A DNA stretch of 64,000 bases from a virus. Below, one piece after another: positions 27,932-35,818 of the stretch (within the stretch, counting starts at the first letter, position 1; each line of letters begins with the position of its first letter). The translations under genes and the position numbers were made by a program. The DNA lies in IMG/VR virus record IMGVR_UViG_3300045988_142756, one strand, 5' to 3'. The notes beneath the pieces were generated by a model that worked only from the letters and a program-made list of their open reading frames with translations, did not search any database and had not been told where the DNA came from.

Positions 27932-28279
27932 ATGAGTAACTATAAAAGATTAACAAATAACAACAGCGACGAGTATGACGCTGAATACGATTTCTGCTGT
28001 GGCTGTCAATACTTTGGTGAGCCTTGTGGGTGCAATAGACCAAATGGCACTTGCGACAGTTATGACCGTTTTCTTGAAACATACGACCGCCTTGCCGAAC
28101 TCGAAGATAAAATTGAGAAAGGAAAGCTCGTATTTATTGACGAACCATTTTGGTCGGAATATCACGATTGTTGGGCAGTTTTTCAAAGAACAGAAGATAT
28201 AGTACAAACTTGTTATATGACTGTAAATCAAGCGAAAGACTACAAAAGCCGAAAAGATGTTGGAGGAGAAGAAGAATGA
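27932..28279 (+). CDS. Cys-rich hypothetical protein
   Basis: CCGCQYFGEPCGCNRPNGTC followed by RLAELEDKIE. RBS TAGGAG. Confidence 0.55.
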   Translation: MSNYKRLTNNNSDEYDAEYDFCCGCQYFGEPCGCNRPNGTCDSYDRFLETYDRLAELEDKIEKGKLVFIDEPFWSEYHDCWAVFQRTEDIVQTCYMTVNQAKDYKSRKDVGGEEE

Positions 28280-28524
28280 ATATATATTTAGGAAACTTAT
28301 CAATCGAACAAATCGAAAGAGAATACAGTGTTGTGTTTACAGAAGAAGATAAACAATGGCTTCAAGAACATCATCAAGATGAAGCAAGTAATATACAAAG
28401 TGACAAGTGGCATTTTTTCGATATACCTCGAATTATGATGACAGGAAGTAACGAATTTGCAAAAGAAATTTACGATAGATTTATAAAATATTCGTTTCAA
28501 GGACAATTCAGAATAGCGTGGTGA
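28276..28524 (+). CDS. hypothetical protein
   Basis: The ATG at 28276 overlaps the upstream stop (ATGA). The ORF-track start at 28150 lies inside the previous gene. Confidence 0.5.
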   Translation: MNIYLGNLSIEQIEREYSVVFTEEDKQWLQEHHQDEASNIQSDKWHFFDIPRIMMTGSNEFAKEIYDRFIKYSFQGQFRIAW

Positions 28525-28540
28525 AAAAGGAGAAAGAAAA

Positions 28541-29050
28541 ATGAGAGACATTTTATTCAGAGGCAAACGAGTGGACAATGGCAAGTGGGTTGAGGGATAT
28601 TATACCGAATTGCCGTGCGGCAGTTTAGGAGCAACAATATTTTCAAATGATGATGAGTTGGTCTGTGAAGATACAAAAAGTTACATTATCAAAGTTTTTA
28701 CTAAACAGCATACTAATTATTCTAACAGCAATCCATTACAAGTTATAGAATGCGAAAAATATGAAGTTATCCCTGAAACCGTCGGACAATACACTGGGTT
28801 TAGGGATGACCAAGGTGTACGAATTTTTGAAGGCGACATCATAAACGTTCACTACGATGACGGCACATCCTATCTAACAGAAGTACGAGCAGACGGAAAC
28901 ACTTTGTGCGTCGACATCGACGATGATTTCGACGATGGCAACTTTACATCGATTGATTTTGCCATTGACCGGTGGCGAGAAGATGGCTGTGAATTAAGCG
29001 TGATTAGTAACATCTATGACAAGGATAAAGACGCAGATGTCGCAATATAA
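28541..29050 (+). CDS. YopX-family protein
   Basis: MRDILFRGKRVDNGKWVEGYY...TVGQYTGFRDDQGVRIFEGDII is the canonical YopX pattern. Confidence 0.75.
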   Translation: MRDILFRGKRVDNGKWVEGYYTELPCGSLGATIFSNDDELVCEDTKSYIIKVFTKQHTNYSNSNPLQVIECEKYEVIPETVGQYTGFRDDQGVRIFEGDIINVHYDDGTSYLTEVRADGNTLCVDIDDDFDDGNFTSIDFAIDRWREDGCELSVISNIYDKDKDADVAI

Positions 29051-29109
29051 TTTCTAAAGGCATAGCATATATTTATTTAATATAATAATTTCTAATTAGG
29101 AGAAATCAA

Positions 29110-29313
29110 ATGAAGACGAAAAGTAAGTGCAAAATAATATTTGCATACATCAACGCAATGAGCCAGGCGTGTATTTTTGGTGTTGCACTTGAATACCTGT
29201 CCGGAAGAGGTTTTGCAAGAACTGGGTTTATTATCGGCGCAACATTATATATATTAGCTAAATTTGCAGAAAAACTTATAGAAGTATTTATAGAAATGGA
29301 GGAAGAAAAATGA
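29110..29313 (+). CDS. small membrane protein
   Basis: Two hydrophobic segments. TAGGAG RBS. Confidence 0.5.
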   Translation: MKTKSKCKIIFAYINAMSQACIFGVALEYLSGRGFARTGFIIGATLYILAKFAEKLIEVFIEMEEEK

Positions 29314-29699
29314 AGTGTCCAAAATGTGGTGCAGTAATGTATTCATCGGGTAATGGTGGTTTTGACACCGAGCGTGGCAATTATGTTGAACTGAAATATA
29401 TTTGCTCGAAATGTGGCTATGAAGTAAAAGATAATTTGAACGACCTTATACATAGTGCGCCATTTTTCCAACCTGGCGTTGTTCAGCAACCTGATATTAG
29501 TGTAACTAACTATGGCTGGATTTGTCCAAAATGTGGTGCGGTATTATCGCCGTCAACACAAGAGTGTCCATATTGTACTCCGCATAAATCGACTTGTGGA
29601 CCAAATAATGGCTCTCCTATTAAAACAGTACCATTAACTGATGTTACAACACAACCGCAAGTATATAAAGGTGTAAGCAATGAAACGAATAATACTTAA
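29310..29699 (+). CDS. double zinc-ribbon protein
   Basis: CPKCGA...CSKCG and CPKCGA...CPYC. Confidence 0.6.
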   Translation: MKCPKCGAVMYSSGNGGFDTERGNYVELKYICSKCGYEVKDNLNDLIHSAPFFQPGVVQQPDISVTNYGWICPKCGAVLSPSTQECPYCTPHKSTCGPNNGSPIKTVPLTDVTTQPQVYKGVSNETNNT

Positions 29700-29895
29700 A
29701 ATAATTGATGTAGATGAAGAAGACGCACTTGAATGTGTCAAACAATGTATTGAAACTAAAAGCAAAGATTGCGTATGGGCTTTTACTAAACCATACCCAA
29801 ACGACGAAAGAATAATCGTATTTGATAAAATAAATAAAAGTAGTATTAAATATACTATTTATAAAGAGAAAAATAATGAAGTTTCCAACATTTGA
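29680..29895 (+). CDS. hypothetical protein
   Basis: ORF in operon context. Confidence 0.5.
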   Translation: MKRIILKIIDVDEEDALECVKQCIETKSKDCVWAFTKPYPNDERIIVFDKINKSSIKYTIYKEKNNEVSNI

Positions 29896-30215
29896 AGAAA
29901 TTGATAAAGGTTATTGTGTGTATACTGATTATGTGTATCTGGGCAATGATGCTCAAGGCGAGCCTAAATACGGTGAGAAAAAAAGACCTCGAAGTTATAA
30001 TTGCACATAATAATTATAAGGAACTAATAAACGGTGTTTATATTAAGCGTAACAGAAAACACGAAAACACAGGTTTTCGGTTCGTAATTGCAGGCAATAA
30101 ATATGCCTACCGTTATAATTATTCAGAAAAAGGGTGGGCAGATTGTGTGACTAAAATCAAATCGATTTTATTATTTTATCGTAAGTGTATTAACATTATT
30201 TTGAAAGAGAAATGA
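29892..30215 (+). CDS. hypothetical protein; the N-terminus is uncertain (TTG start). May be the downstream part of a gene split at an A7 tract.
   Basis: The ORF-track frame uses a TTG start. An ATG ORF at 29876 in another frame ends at 30010, and the frames would join with a 1-nt shift at A7 (29978-29984). Confidence 0.4.
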   Translation: MKKLIKVIVCILIMCIWAMMLKASLNTVRKKDLEVIIAHNNYKELINGVYIKRNRKHENTGFRFVIAGNKYAYRYNYSEKGWADCVTKIKSILLFYRKCINIILKEK

Positions 30216-30409
30216 AAGGTAACGAATTATTAGAAGATATTTATAGCAAATTTAAGACTGGCGAATATGTAAAAATACCGTCAATGCGACAAATCGGCGA
30301 CCATAAATGGGTTGTATATTTTTATGAAGGCGGTATCATTCACAGTGGTATTTATTATACCGAAGAAAGGGCAAGGACAAGGTTGGAGATTGAAAATGGT
30401 AAATTGTAG
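30212..30409 (+). CDS. hypothetical protein
   Basis: ORF overlapping the upstream stop. Confidence 0.5.
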   Translation: MKGNELLEDIYSKFKTGEYVKIPSMRQIGDHKWVVYFYEGGIIHSGIYYTEERARTRLEIENGKL

Positions 30410-30560
30410 ATATTGTAAAGAAGTAGAAATACATACTTCCAAAAGAGGATATAATTATTATTATTGTACAGCAGTCCATAGAAATATAAGAAACAGTAAT
30501 ATGCCGGACAGAGACTGCCCTTATGCAAATAAAGTAATTAGGAAAAGTAATAAGAAATGA
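30396..30560 (+). CDS. small Cys-containing protein
   Basis: The ATG at 30396 has a GGAG RBS 8 nt upstream. Encodes MVNCRYCKEV...CPYANK. Confidence 0.45.
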   Translation: MVNCRYCKEVEIHTSKRGYNYYYCTAVHRNIRNSNMPDRDCPYANKVIRKSNKK

Positions 30561-30868
30561 GAATTAAAAAAGAAAAGACAATGTGTCAAAATTGTGGCGT
30601 ATTTGAAGTATATGCAAAAGGTTTATGTTCTGCGTGCTATCAAAGGGCAAGAAGAAATGGAACACCAGAATATAAAGTATGTAACAAAACAGAAACGGCG
30701 AGAATCGACAGACAAAAGCGAAAAAAGAAAGCCTTAAATAAATATAAACCCACAACAGAAAAAGGGAAATACATACTTTCTCGCCGTAAACAAGGGGTAT
30801 CAATACAAGACCTAACACAAGAATTAAATGTATCAAGACAAACAATATATAATCTATTAAAGAAATAA
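30557..30868 (+). CDS. zinc-finger plus HTH DNA-binding protein
   Basis: CQNCG...CSACY N-terminus. C-terminal SIQDLTQELNVSRQTIYNLLKK HTH. Confidence 0.6.
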   Translation: MRIKKEKTMCQNCGVFEVYAKGLCSACYQRARRNGTPEYKVCNKTETARIDRQKRKKKALNKYKPTTEKGKYILSRRKQGVSIQDLTQELNVSRQTIYNLLKK

Positions 30869-30970
30869 TAAAAACCCAAAAATTTCGGGGGCAGAAAAAA
30901 GACATAATATAATATATATTAAAAATATATATATTACCATTAAATAAATAATAAAAGGAGACCAACAACA

Positions 30971-31201
30971 ATGATGTTACAACAATACTTACAACAAAGA
31001 CAACAACAATTACAATACCAGTTAGAAAGAAAAGCAGAAATACAAAAAGAATACCAAACAACACAACAACAAATAAAACAATTAGAAGAACATCTAATAG
31101 CAATAGCAACTATATTTAACGAAATAAACGAAGAAAGCATTAGACAAGAACTTGCAACAATAGAAGATTTACAAAAATCTACGGCTAAAAAGGAGAAATA
31201 A
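30971..31201 (+). CDS. Gln-rich coiled-coil protein
   Basis: AAAGGAG RBS. Encodes MMLQQYLQQRQQQLQYQLE... Confidence 0.5.
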   Translation: MMLQQYLQQRQQQLQYQLERKAEIQKEYQTTQQQIKQLEEHLIAIATIFNEINEESIRQELATIEDLQKSTAKKEK

Positions 31202-31203
31202 TA

Positions 31204-31455
31204 ATGTTTTTAACAGATTTAACTGAAAATGAACTTCAAATTGTAATTGATAAACTTATAGAAAAGTATGTAAGAGAGTATATGAGAAACCCTCTGAATG
31301 TACAAAATGTAGGTAAATTACATAGAGAATATAAAGAAGAACAGAAAGAAAGACAGTTACACGACCTCGAAGATACTTCTATTAAAGAATTTACTTTTGA
31401 AGACTGGTTCAAATATAAGGTCGAAAAAGCCGTAACTGACAGTATTCTACGTTAA
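31204..31455 (+). CDS. hypothetical protein
   Basis: AAAGGAG RBS. Confidence 0.55.
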   Translation: MFLTDLTENELQIVIDKLIEKYVREYMRNPLNVQNVGKLHREYKEEQKERQLHDLEDTSIKEFTFEDWFKYKVEKAVTDSILR

Positions 31456-31470
31456 TTTTAATACAGATTT

Positions 31471-31566
31471 TTGTATAATTATAAATAAAATTGTATAATT
31501 ATAACCAGGTGTATTGTATATAGTGAAAATATAACTTTTGGAAAATTTTATACAATTTTTATACAA
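31471..31566. repeat. cluster of five TTGTATA / TATACAA heptamers (two within 14-bp direct repeats TTGTATAATTATAA)
   Basis: TTGTATAATTATAA at 31471 and 31491. TTGTATA at 31514. TATACAA at 31549 and 31560. The cluster lies immediately upstream of a promoter. Confidence 0.6.
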
Positions 31567-31568
31567 AA

Positions 31569-31599
31569 TTTACAAGATTCATTAAACACAAAGTATAAT
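31569..31599 (+). promoter_or_regulatory. promoter-like TTTACA-19-TATAAT followed by TGTAAACAAGGA
   Basis: TTTACA at 31569-31574 and AGTATAAT ending at 31599. Confidence 0.45.
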
Positions 31600-31626
31600 A
31601 TAGATGTAAACAAGGAAAAGTAACAG

Positions 31627-32109
31627 ATGGACATACTTATAAACATATCTCCAAACACTGCTTATAAGGTAATATGTAAAGGTGCTGATGCTGTACTACT
31701 TCGTAAAATATTGCCAGTAGTACATACCGAACAAGATAGGGTATTTATATATGTAGGGAAAACAAAGCAAAGTGTAATGCAAGTACCTAAACAATATAGA
31801 CCTTTGATACGCAAATTTATGGGTAGAGTAATAGGAGTAGTAAAGCCGTTAAAAGTAGAGCAAGTATATAAGTCTGATTTCACTGGCGAAAATTTATTAC
31901 AAGACCAGTTACAAATAACCGATGACGAATGTAGTGCTTTTATGCAGGAAAAACAACGGTCATCTATATTATACTTTAATAATAATGAATTAGAAATTTT
32001 CAAGCCTATATTATTAGATGAATTTTATAGAATTGCAATGCAAAACAGGCAATATTTCTTAACTGAATTAAAGACAGTAATGAGTTGGGAGTATGTAGTG
32101 AGAAAATGA
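31627..32109 (+). CDS. hypothetical protein (possibly ASCH/PUA-like)
   Basis: The N-terminal layout is loosely similar to the 27320 ASCH protein. Confidence 0.5.
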   Translation: MDILINISPNTAYKVICKGADAVLLRKILPVVHTEQDRVFIYVGKTKQSVMQVPKQYRPLIRKFMGRVIGVVKPLKVEQVYKSDFTGENLLQDQLQITDDECSAFMQEKQRSSILYFNNNELEIFKPILLDEFYRIAMQNRQYFLTELKTVMSWEYVVRK

Positions 32110-32285
32110 AACAGTATAAAATTGACGGCGGTAAAATTATAACAGTTGTTTATAATGATATATTTCCTTATATTATATTAGATGAGAATAAATGTATTCT
32201 TAAACTAATTAAAACAAAGCACGAATTTGATTCCTATATAAAAGAACATAAAGGAGAGATATTCATAGATGTTAGAGAAGAATAA
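32106..32285 (+). CDS. hypothetical protein
   Basis: The ATG at 32106 overlaps the upstream stop (ATGA). Confidence 0.45.
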   Translation: MKQYKIDGGKIITVVYNDIFPYIILDENKCILKLIKTKHEFDSYIKEHKGEIFIDVREE

Positions 32286-32490
32286 ATTAAGAGATTTCAA
32301 TATTAAAGAATTAACATTATTGCATAATTTAGAGAAAAACCTATTAACGGCGGACAGCGTAGATATTTATATTGATATTACTTGTTGCGACGAAAATAAA
32401 CTCTGTAAAGCGATTAAGGATATGGGTTACAATATAACACAAGACAAGTCTAAATTCGACTGTAACCATATTTATATTGTTAGTATTTAA
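32269..32490 (+). CDS. hypothetical protein
   Basis: ORF with AAGGAGAG upstream. Confidence 0.5.
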   Translation: MLEKNKLRDFNIKELTLLHNLEKNLLTADSVDIYIDITCCDENKLCKAIKDMGYNITQDKSKFDCNHIYIVSI

Positions 32491-32514
32491 TACTATATAT
32501 TATATATATTATAT

Positions 32515-32676
32515 ATGTCAGCATTTCAAAGAGTTAAAGAAGAATTGTTACAGTTACAGGAAAAAATATCTAAATTAGAAAATTTTATGCAGACGGCAAA
32601 ATATGAAAGTTTAGATAAAGATATGCGGTATTATATGTACCGACAGTTATTAGCAATGAGAGATTACGAAAGATGA
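32515..32676 (+). CDS. 53-aa coiled-coil ORF, below the ORF-track cutoff
   Basis: ATG at 32515. Encodes MSAFQRVKEELLQLQEKISKLENFMQTAKYESLDKDMRYYMYRQLLAMRDYER. Fills an otherwise empty gap. Confidence 0.4.
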   Translation: MSAFQRVKEELLQLQEKISKLENFMQTAKYESLDKDMRYYMYRQLLAMRDYER

Positions 32677-32719
32677 TTAAAAGCAAGAATTCTCTTATGG
32701 CGAACAGAGGATTTAGAAG

Positions 32720-32956
32720 ATGGAGAAAAATTACCAGTGCAGTAAATGCAATAATAATACTTTCTATATTAAGAACTTTACCGACGAAGATGGCGTATTA
32801 AAAAGAATAGGTCTTTATTGCAGTAAATGCAATACGTGGAAGAAATGGGTTACGGTGGCAGAAGCCGCTAATTATCCTTCCGTCGGTTCAGAGGTAGATG
32901 AAAAATTACCCGAAATTCTTATTATTAACGGGGTTAGATATAAGAAAGTTAGGTAA
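32720..32956 (+). CDS. zinc-ribbon protein
   Basis: CSKCNN...CSKCNTW. Confidence 0.55.
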   Translation: MEKNYQCSKCNNNTFYIKNFTDEDGVLKRIGLYCSKCNTWKKWVTVAEAANYPSVGSEVDEKLPEILIINGVRYKKVR

Positions 32957-33093
32957 ACAATATAATATAGTTGAACATATATTTTAATTAGGACAGCAGA
33001 TTGCAACTGTTTTTGAGTACCTACTTGTATTTTCCTGGGGAAAGAATTACTAATTAAAATATACTTCAAATAAATTAAAAGGAAAATACGATA

Positions 33094-33546
33094 ATGACTA
33101 AACGGTCAAAATTCTCGCCGAAAGCGTTTGAATCAAATTCTAAATTTTTACCCATAATTTCAGGTTATACACAAAAAGATACATCAGCGAATATTTATAA
33201 TTCTATGCTGCTTTCTCCAGCCTTTCAAGATTTAACGGCGACAGGAATGCGGCTATATTTATATATGAAAGCAAGATACTATACAGAAAAGAAAACTGAT
33301 GCACTAATAACCGAATATGAAAAATTAACAAATCAAAATATAAATAAATCAATTAGGTTTACTTTTAATAAATCAGTTTGGCACGATTTATATCATATTT
33401 ATCCTAATACTGCTGACGGCCGATTTCAAAAAGACCTTAACAGTCTAATCGAACACGGATTCATTGTTAAAATACAAAGTGGTAAGTTGACTAAGTCTAA
33501 GTCAATCTATGAATTTAGCGATAAATGGGTTAATTGGAAAAAGTAA
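33094..33546 (+). CDS. putative winged-helix DNA-binding protein (Rep- or repressor-like)
   Basis: C-terminal FQKDLNSLIEHGFIVKIQSGK is a wHTH-like pattern. Four palindromic sites lie immediately downstream. Confidence 0.4.
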   Translation: MTKRSKFSPKAFESNSKFLPIISGYTQKDTSANIYNSMLLSPAFQDLTATGMRLYLYMKARYYTEKKTDALITEYEKLTNQNINKSIRFTFNKSVWHDLYHIYPNTADGRFQKDLNSLIEHGFIVKIQSGKLTKSKSIYEFSDKWVNWKK

Positions 33547-33570
33547 TATGTATGGTAAATTTTTATATAT

Positions 33571-33703
33571 GTATTACGAAATCGTAATAACCTAAAACTT
33601 AAAATCAATAGACACTTATTACGAAATCGTAATAACCAAAATTTACAAAAACCACAATCTTATTACGAAATCGTAATAACCTCTTATTACGAAATCGTAA
33701 TAA
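33571..33703. promoter_or_regulatory. four copies of the palindrome TTATTACGA-AA-TCGTAATAA (operator or iteron array)
   Basis: Copies at 33571-33592 (first base G instead of T), 33615-33637, 33659-33681 and 33683-33703. TATTACG core starts at 33573, 33617, 33661 and 33685, spaced 44, 44 and 24 bp. Confidence 0.8.
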
Positions 33704-33782
33704 GGAAAATAATTTTAATTAAAATCGTCTACAAAATATACAATAATAATATATTTAATTTACGAGGCGAAAGAAACAGACA

Positions 33783-33989
33783 ATGAAGTCCTTATTATGC
33801 AATAAATCGGAAAAACCAAAAAGGTGTGAAAATTGTCAATTTTATAGATATCACTTAGATGATACAATGACTCCATCAGTTATTTGTATTGTAAATAACG
33901 CTATTAAATTTGATTTAACTGAATTATATAAAGTATGCCCTTTAATCGGCATAGATAAAAAATCTATAGAAAGGGGGTTACAACGTTGA
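33783..33989 (+). CDS. Cys-rich small protein
   Basis: CENCQFY...C...C. First gene after the operator array. Confidence 0.5.
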   Translation: MKSLLCNKSEKPKRCENCQFYRYHLDDTMTPSVICIVNNAIKFDLTELYKVCPLIGIDKKSIERGLQR

Positions 33990-34168
33990 AAATAGTAAAA
34001 GGGTTATTTACAACTTTATTTATAATAGCGTTTATAATAACATTATTATTAAGTATATACTTTTTAACTCACGGCGGAGTAGAAGTTATACAATCAGCAA
34101 TAAAAGAATACGGCTTTTTTGACGCGATATTAGAATTCTTTAAGAAATTATTTACAAAAATCGCATAA
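33986..34168 (+). CDS. small membrane protein (one TM)
   Basis: TTG start with an AAGGGGG RBS. Hydrophobic LFTTLFIIAFIITLLLSIYFL. Confidence 0.45.
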   Translation: MKIVKGLFTTLFIIAFIITLLLSIYFLTHGGVEVIQSAIKEYGFFDAILEFFKKLFTKIA

Positions 34169-34214
34169 TCGTAAGTAATATAGTAATGTACATAAACCTT
34201 AAAAGGAGCATATT

Positions 34215-34784
34215 ATGGAACTTACGAATCAACAAGAACAAGTAGTATTTAATTCAATTAAATTAAATTGTCAACAATGCCTTAAACTTTCATCTGGAAT
34301 TTGCCGTGGTGAAGGGTGTGAATTATTTGCATTAAAGCAAACACTCGACGATAAAATCAACGGCGAAGAAAAGAGGAGAGTAGAAACAATAAATAAACTT
34401 TCGAATAAATTAAACTCACAAAGAACAAAATTAAATAATTTAAGAAAAGAGAAAGAACAACTTGTACAACAAAGAAAATCAATATCTGAACTTATAAACA
34501 GATATTCAACTCAAATATATAATGCAGAAAAGAGTTATACAACGACTCAAAAAGAATTAGAAGCAATTAAGTACGGTAAACCTATTACATCAACGGTGCG
34601 TAAAATTAAACGCTCTAAATCTATAAATACTCAAGAAAACCTTTATAATAAAATTACTGAATTAAAAAACGAATTCAGAAATACTACTAATCAAATGGAA
34701 AAAGTACGACTTTCTAAGAGAATTTGGTATTATAACTCAAAACTCAAAGAAATTCAAAAATCAAATTTACAAAATAAGCACTAA
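34215..34784 (+). CDS. coiled-coil protein with N-terminal Cys motif
   Basis: AAAGGAG RBS. CQQC...CRGEGC followed by long basic heptad-like sequence. Confidence 0.55.
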   Translation: MELTNQQEQVVFNSIKLNCQQCLKLSSGICRGEGCELFALKQTLDDKINGEEKRRVETINKLSNKLNSQRTKLNNLRKEKEQLVQQRKSISELINRYSTQIYNAEKSYTTTQKELEAIKYGKPITSTVRKIKRSKSINTQENLYNKITELKNEFRNTTNQMEKVRLSKRIWYYNSKLKEIQKSNLQNKH

Positions 34785-34796
34785 TTATAGTATAAT
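34766..34796 (+). promoter_or_regulatory. promoter-like TTTACA-19-TATAAT followed by TTGTAAAGGA; drives the tRNA / non-coding unit
   Basis: TTTACA at 34766-34771 and AGTATAAT ending at 34796. Confidence 0.5.
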
Positions 34797-34830
34797 AAAT
34801 TGTAAAGGAACTTTCAAAATAAAATAGCCA

Positions 34831-34981
34831 ACAATGGTCGGGCAGGTAAAACCAAGTTAAACATAATGCAATCATAACTAAACTCCAAGGTTGATTTTGT
34901 ACTGGGATGTCCTAAAACAATGATAAAAGATACACAAGATAAACGCAGTGGTAAAAGACCATAAACACCTGCCCACCATTG
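34831..34981 (+). ncRNA. candidate structured RNA closed by a 15-bp GC-rich helix
   Basis: CAATGGTCGGGCAGGT (34832-34847) pairs with ACCTGCCCACCATTG (34967-34981), with one bulged C, enclosing 119 nt. No credible ORF. Located between a promoter and the tRNA genes. Confidence 0.4.
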
Positions 34982-34999
34982 CGTTTAATTAAAAAACAA

Positions 35000-35173
35000 A
35001 TGATAGACGATAAACCGGTTATTGTAACAGATAAACAAAAGATAAAAGAAATCAAAGAAGCACTAAAAACTTCTAAATGTACATTTACAATTGAATCAGC
35101 AGAAAAAGACGAATTGCCTGAAAATGCAAAAGAAATTTGGTTTAGCCAAAATAAAACACAAAAGAAGAAATAA
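35000..35173 (+). CDS. doubtful small ORF (58 aa) in the tRNA leader
   Basis: ATG at 35000 with no recognisable RBS. Lys-rich. May be non-coding. Confidence 0.2.
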   Translation: MIDDKPVIVTDKQKIKEIKEALKTSKCTFTIESAEKDELPENAKEIWFSQNKTQKKK

Positions 35174-35177
35174 TTAT

Positions 35178-35264
35178 GCGAGAGTGGTGAAATAGGCAGA
35201 CACACAAGACTTAAAATCTTGAGAAGTAAAATTCGTGTGGGTTCAAGTCCCACCTTTCGCACCA
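35178..35264 (+). tRNA. tRNA-Leu (anticodon TAA), type II with long variable arm, CCA encoded
   Basis: Acceptor GCGAGAG/CTTTCGC. Anticodon stem CAAGA/TCTTG with loop CTTAAAA. T arm GTGGG-TTCAAGT-CCCAC. CCA at 35262-35264. Confidence 0.9.
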
Positions 35265-35487
35265 CGGTGGCACGACAAATTGTCACCCTATGGATAAAAA
35301 ATCGCGTGTGCTGAAATAAAGCAAGGGTTACTAACTAATTCGCGGTAAGTTAATTGTAACAAGATACTCAAAGTACAAGAGTATGGTAGTAGTTTGGAAG
35401 CGGTTCTACTACAAAATTTTTAACAGGGCTACTTAGAAAACGAACGAGGGAAATATCGTGTCCGAAGTAAATTTAGCCCTACTTTAT

Positions 35488-35564
35488 CGGGGCGTGGCGC
35501 AGTTTGGGAGCGCGAATGGTTTGGGACCATTAGGCCGGAAGTTCAAATCTTCTCACCCCGACCA
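35488..35564 (+). tRNA. tRNA-Pro (anticodon TGG), CCA encoded
   Basis: CGGGGCG acceptor (one C-A mismatch). D arm GCGC-AGTTTGGGA-GCGC. Anticodon stem AATGG/CCATT with loop TTTGGGA. T loop TTCAAAT. Confidence 0.85.
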
Positions 35565-35578
35565 AAATAAAAATATTT

Positions 35579-35655
35579 GGACCTTTAGCACAGTTGGTTA
35601 GTGCGTTCGGCTCATAACCGAATGGTCCTTGGTTCGAGTCCAAGAAGGTCCACCA
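35579..35655 (+). tRNA. tRNA with CAT anticodon (elongator Met or Ile2; not initiator-like), CCA encoded
   Basis: Perfect cloverleaf: GGACCTT/AAGGTCC acceptor, TTCGG-CTCATAA-CCGAA anticodon arm, CTTGG-TTCGAGT-CCAAG T arm. Confidence 0.9.
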
Positions 35656-35743
35656 GGTATTCGTTTTGTAGGTTTGCTGTTACCGCTGTAAAACAGTAAT
35701 GAGAGAAAGATACGCGTTAAATATCTCATATCAAACCTACCTT

Positions 35744-35818
35744 GCTGGTATGGCTCAATGGCAGAGCAATTGATTTGTAATCAATAGGTTGTTGGTTCGA
35801 CTCCAACTATCAGCTCCA
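35744..35818 (+). tRNA. tRNA-Thr (anticodon TGT), CCA encoded
   Basis: GCTGGTA/TATCAGC acceptor, ATTGA-TTTGTAA-TCAAT anticodon arm, GTTGG-TTCGACT-CCAAC T arm. Confidence 0.9.

Noticed and set aside
30971-31110. CAA-rich repeat region and the long antisense ORF across it
   Set aside because: It encodes the Gln-rich N-terminus of a + strand coiled-coil protein with a good RBS. The antisense ORF is a mirror artefact.
32491-32516. A (TA)n-like low-complexity tract
   Set aside because: It is a short AT dinucleotide run in an intergenic spacer, expected in this composition, with no flanking structure.
33571-33703. A CRISPR-like appearance of four ~22-bp repeats
   Set aside because: Only four copies are present, with irregular spacers of 22, 21 and 1 bp and no cas genes. 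The repeats are perfect palindromes, typical of protein operator sites.
35668-35740. A possible fifth tRNA (a 73-nt element closed by a 9-bp helix)
   Set aside because: It has only two internal arms, no 7-nt anticodon loop, no T-loop consensus (TTCRANY) and no CCA. It is kept only as part of the structured-spacer finding.
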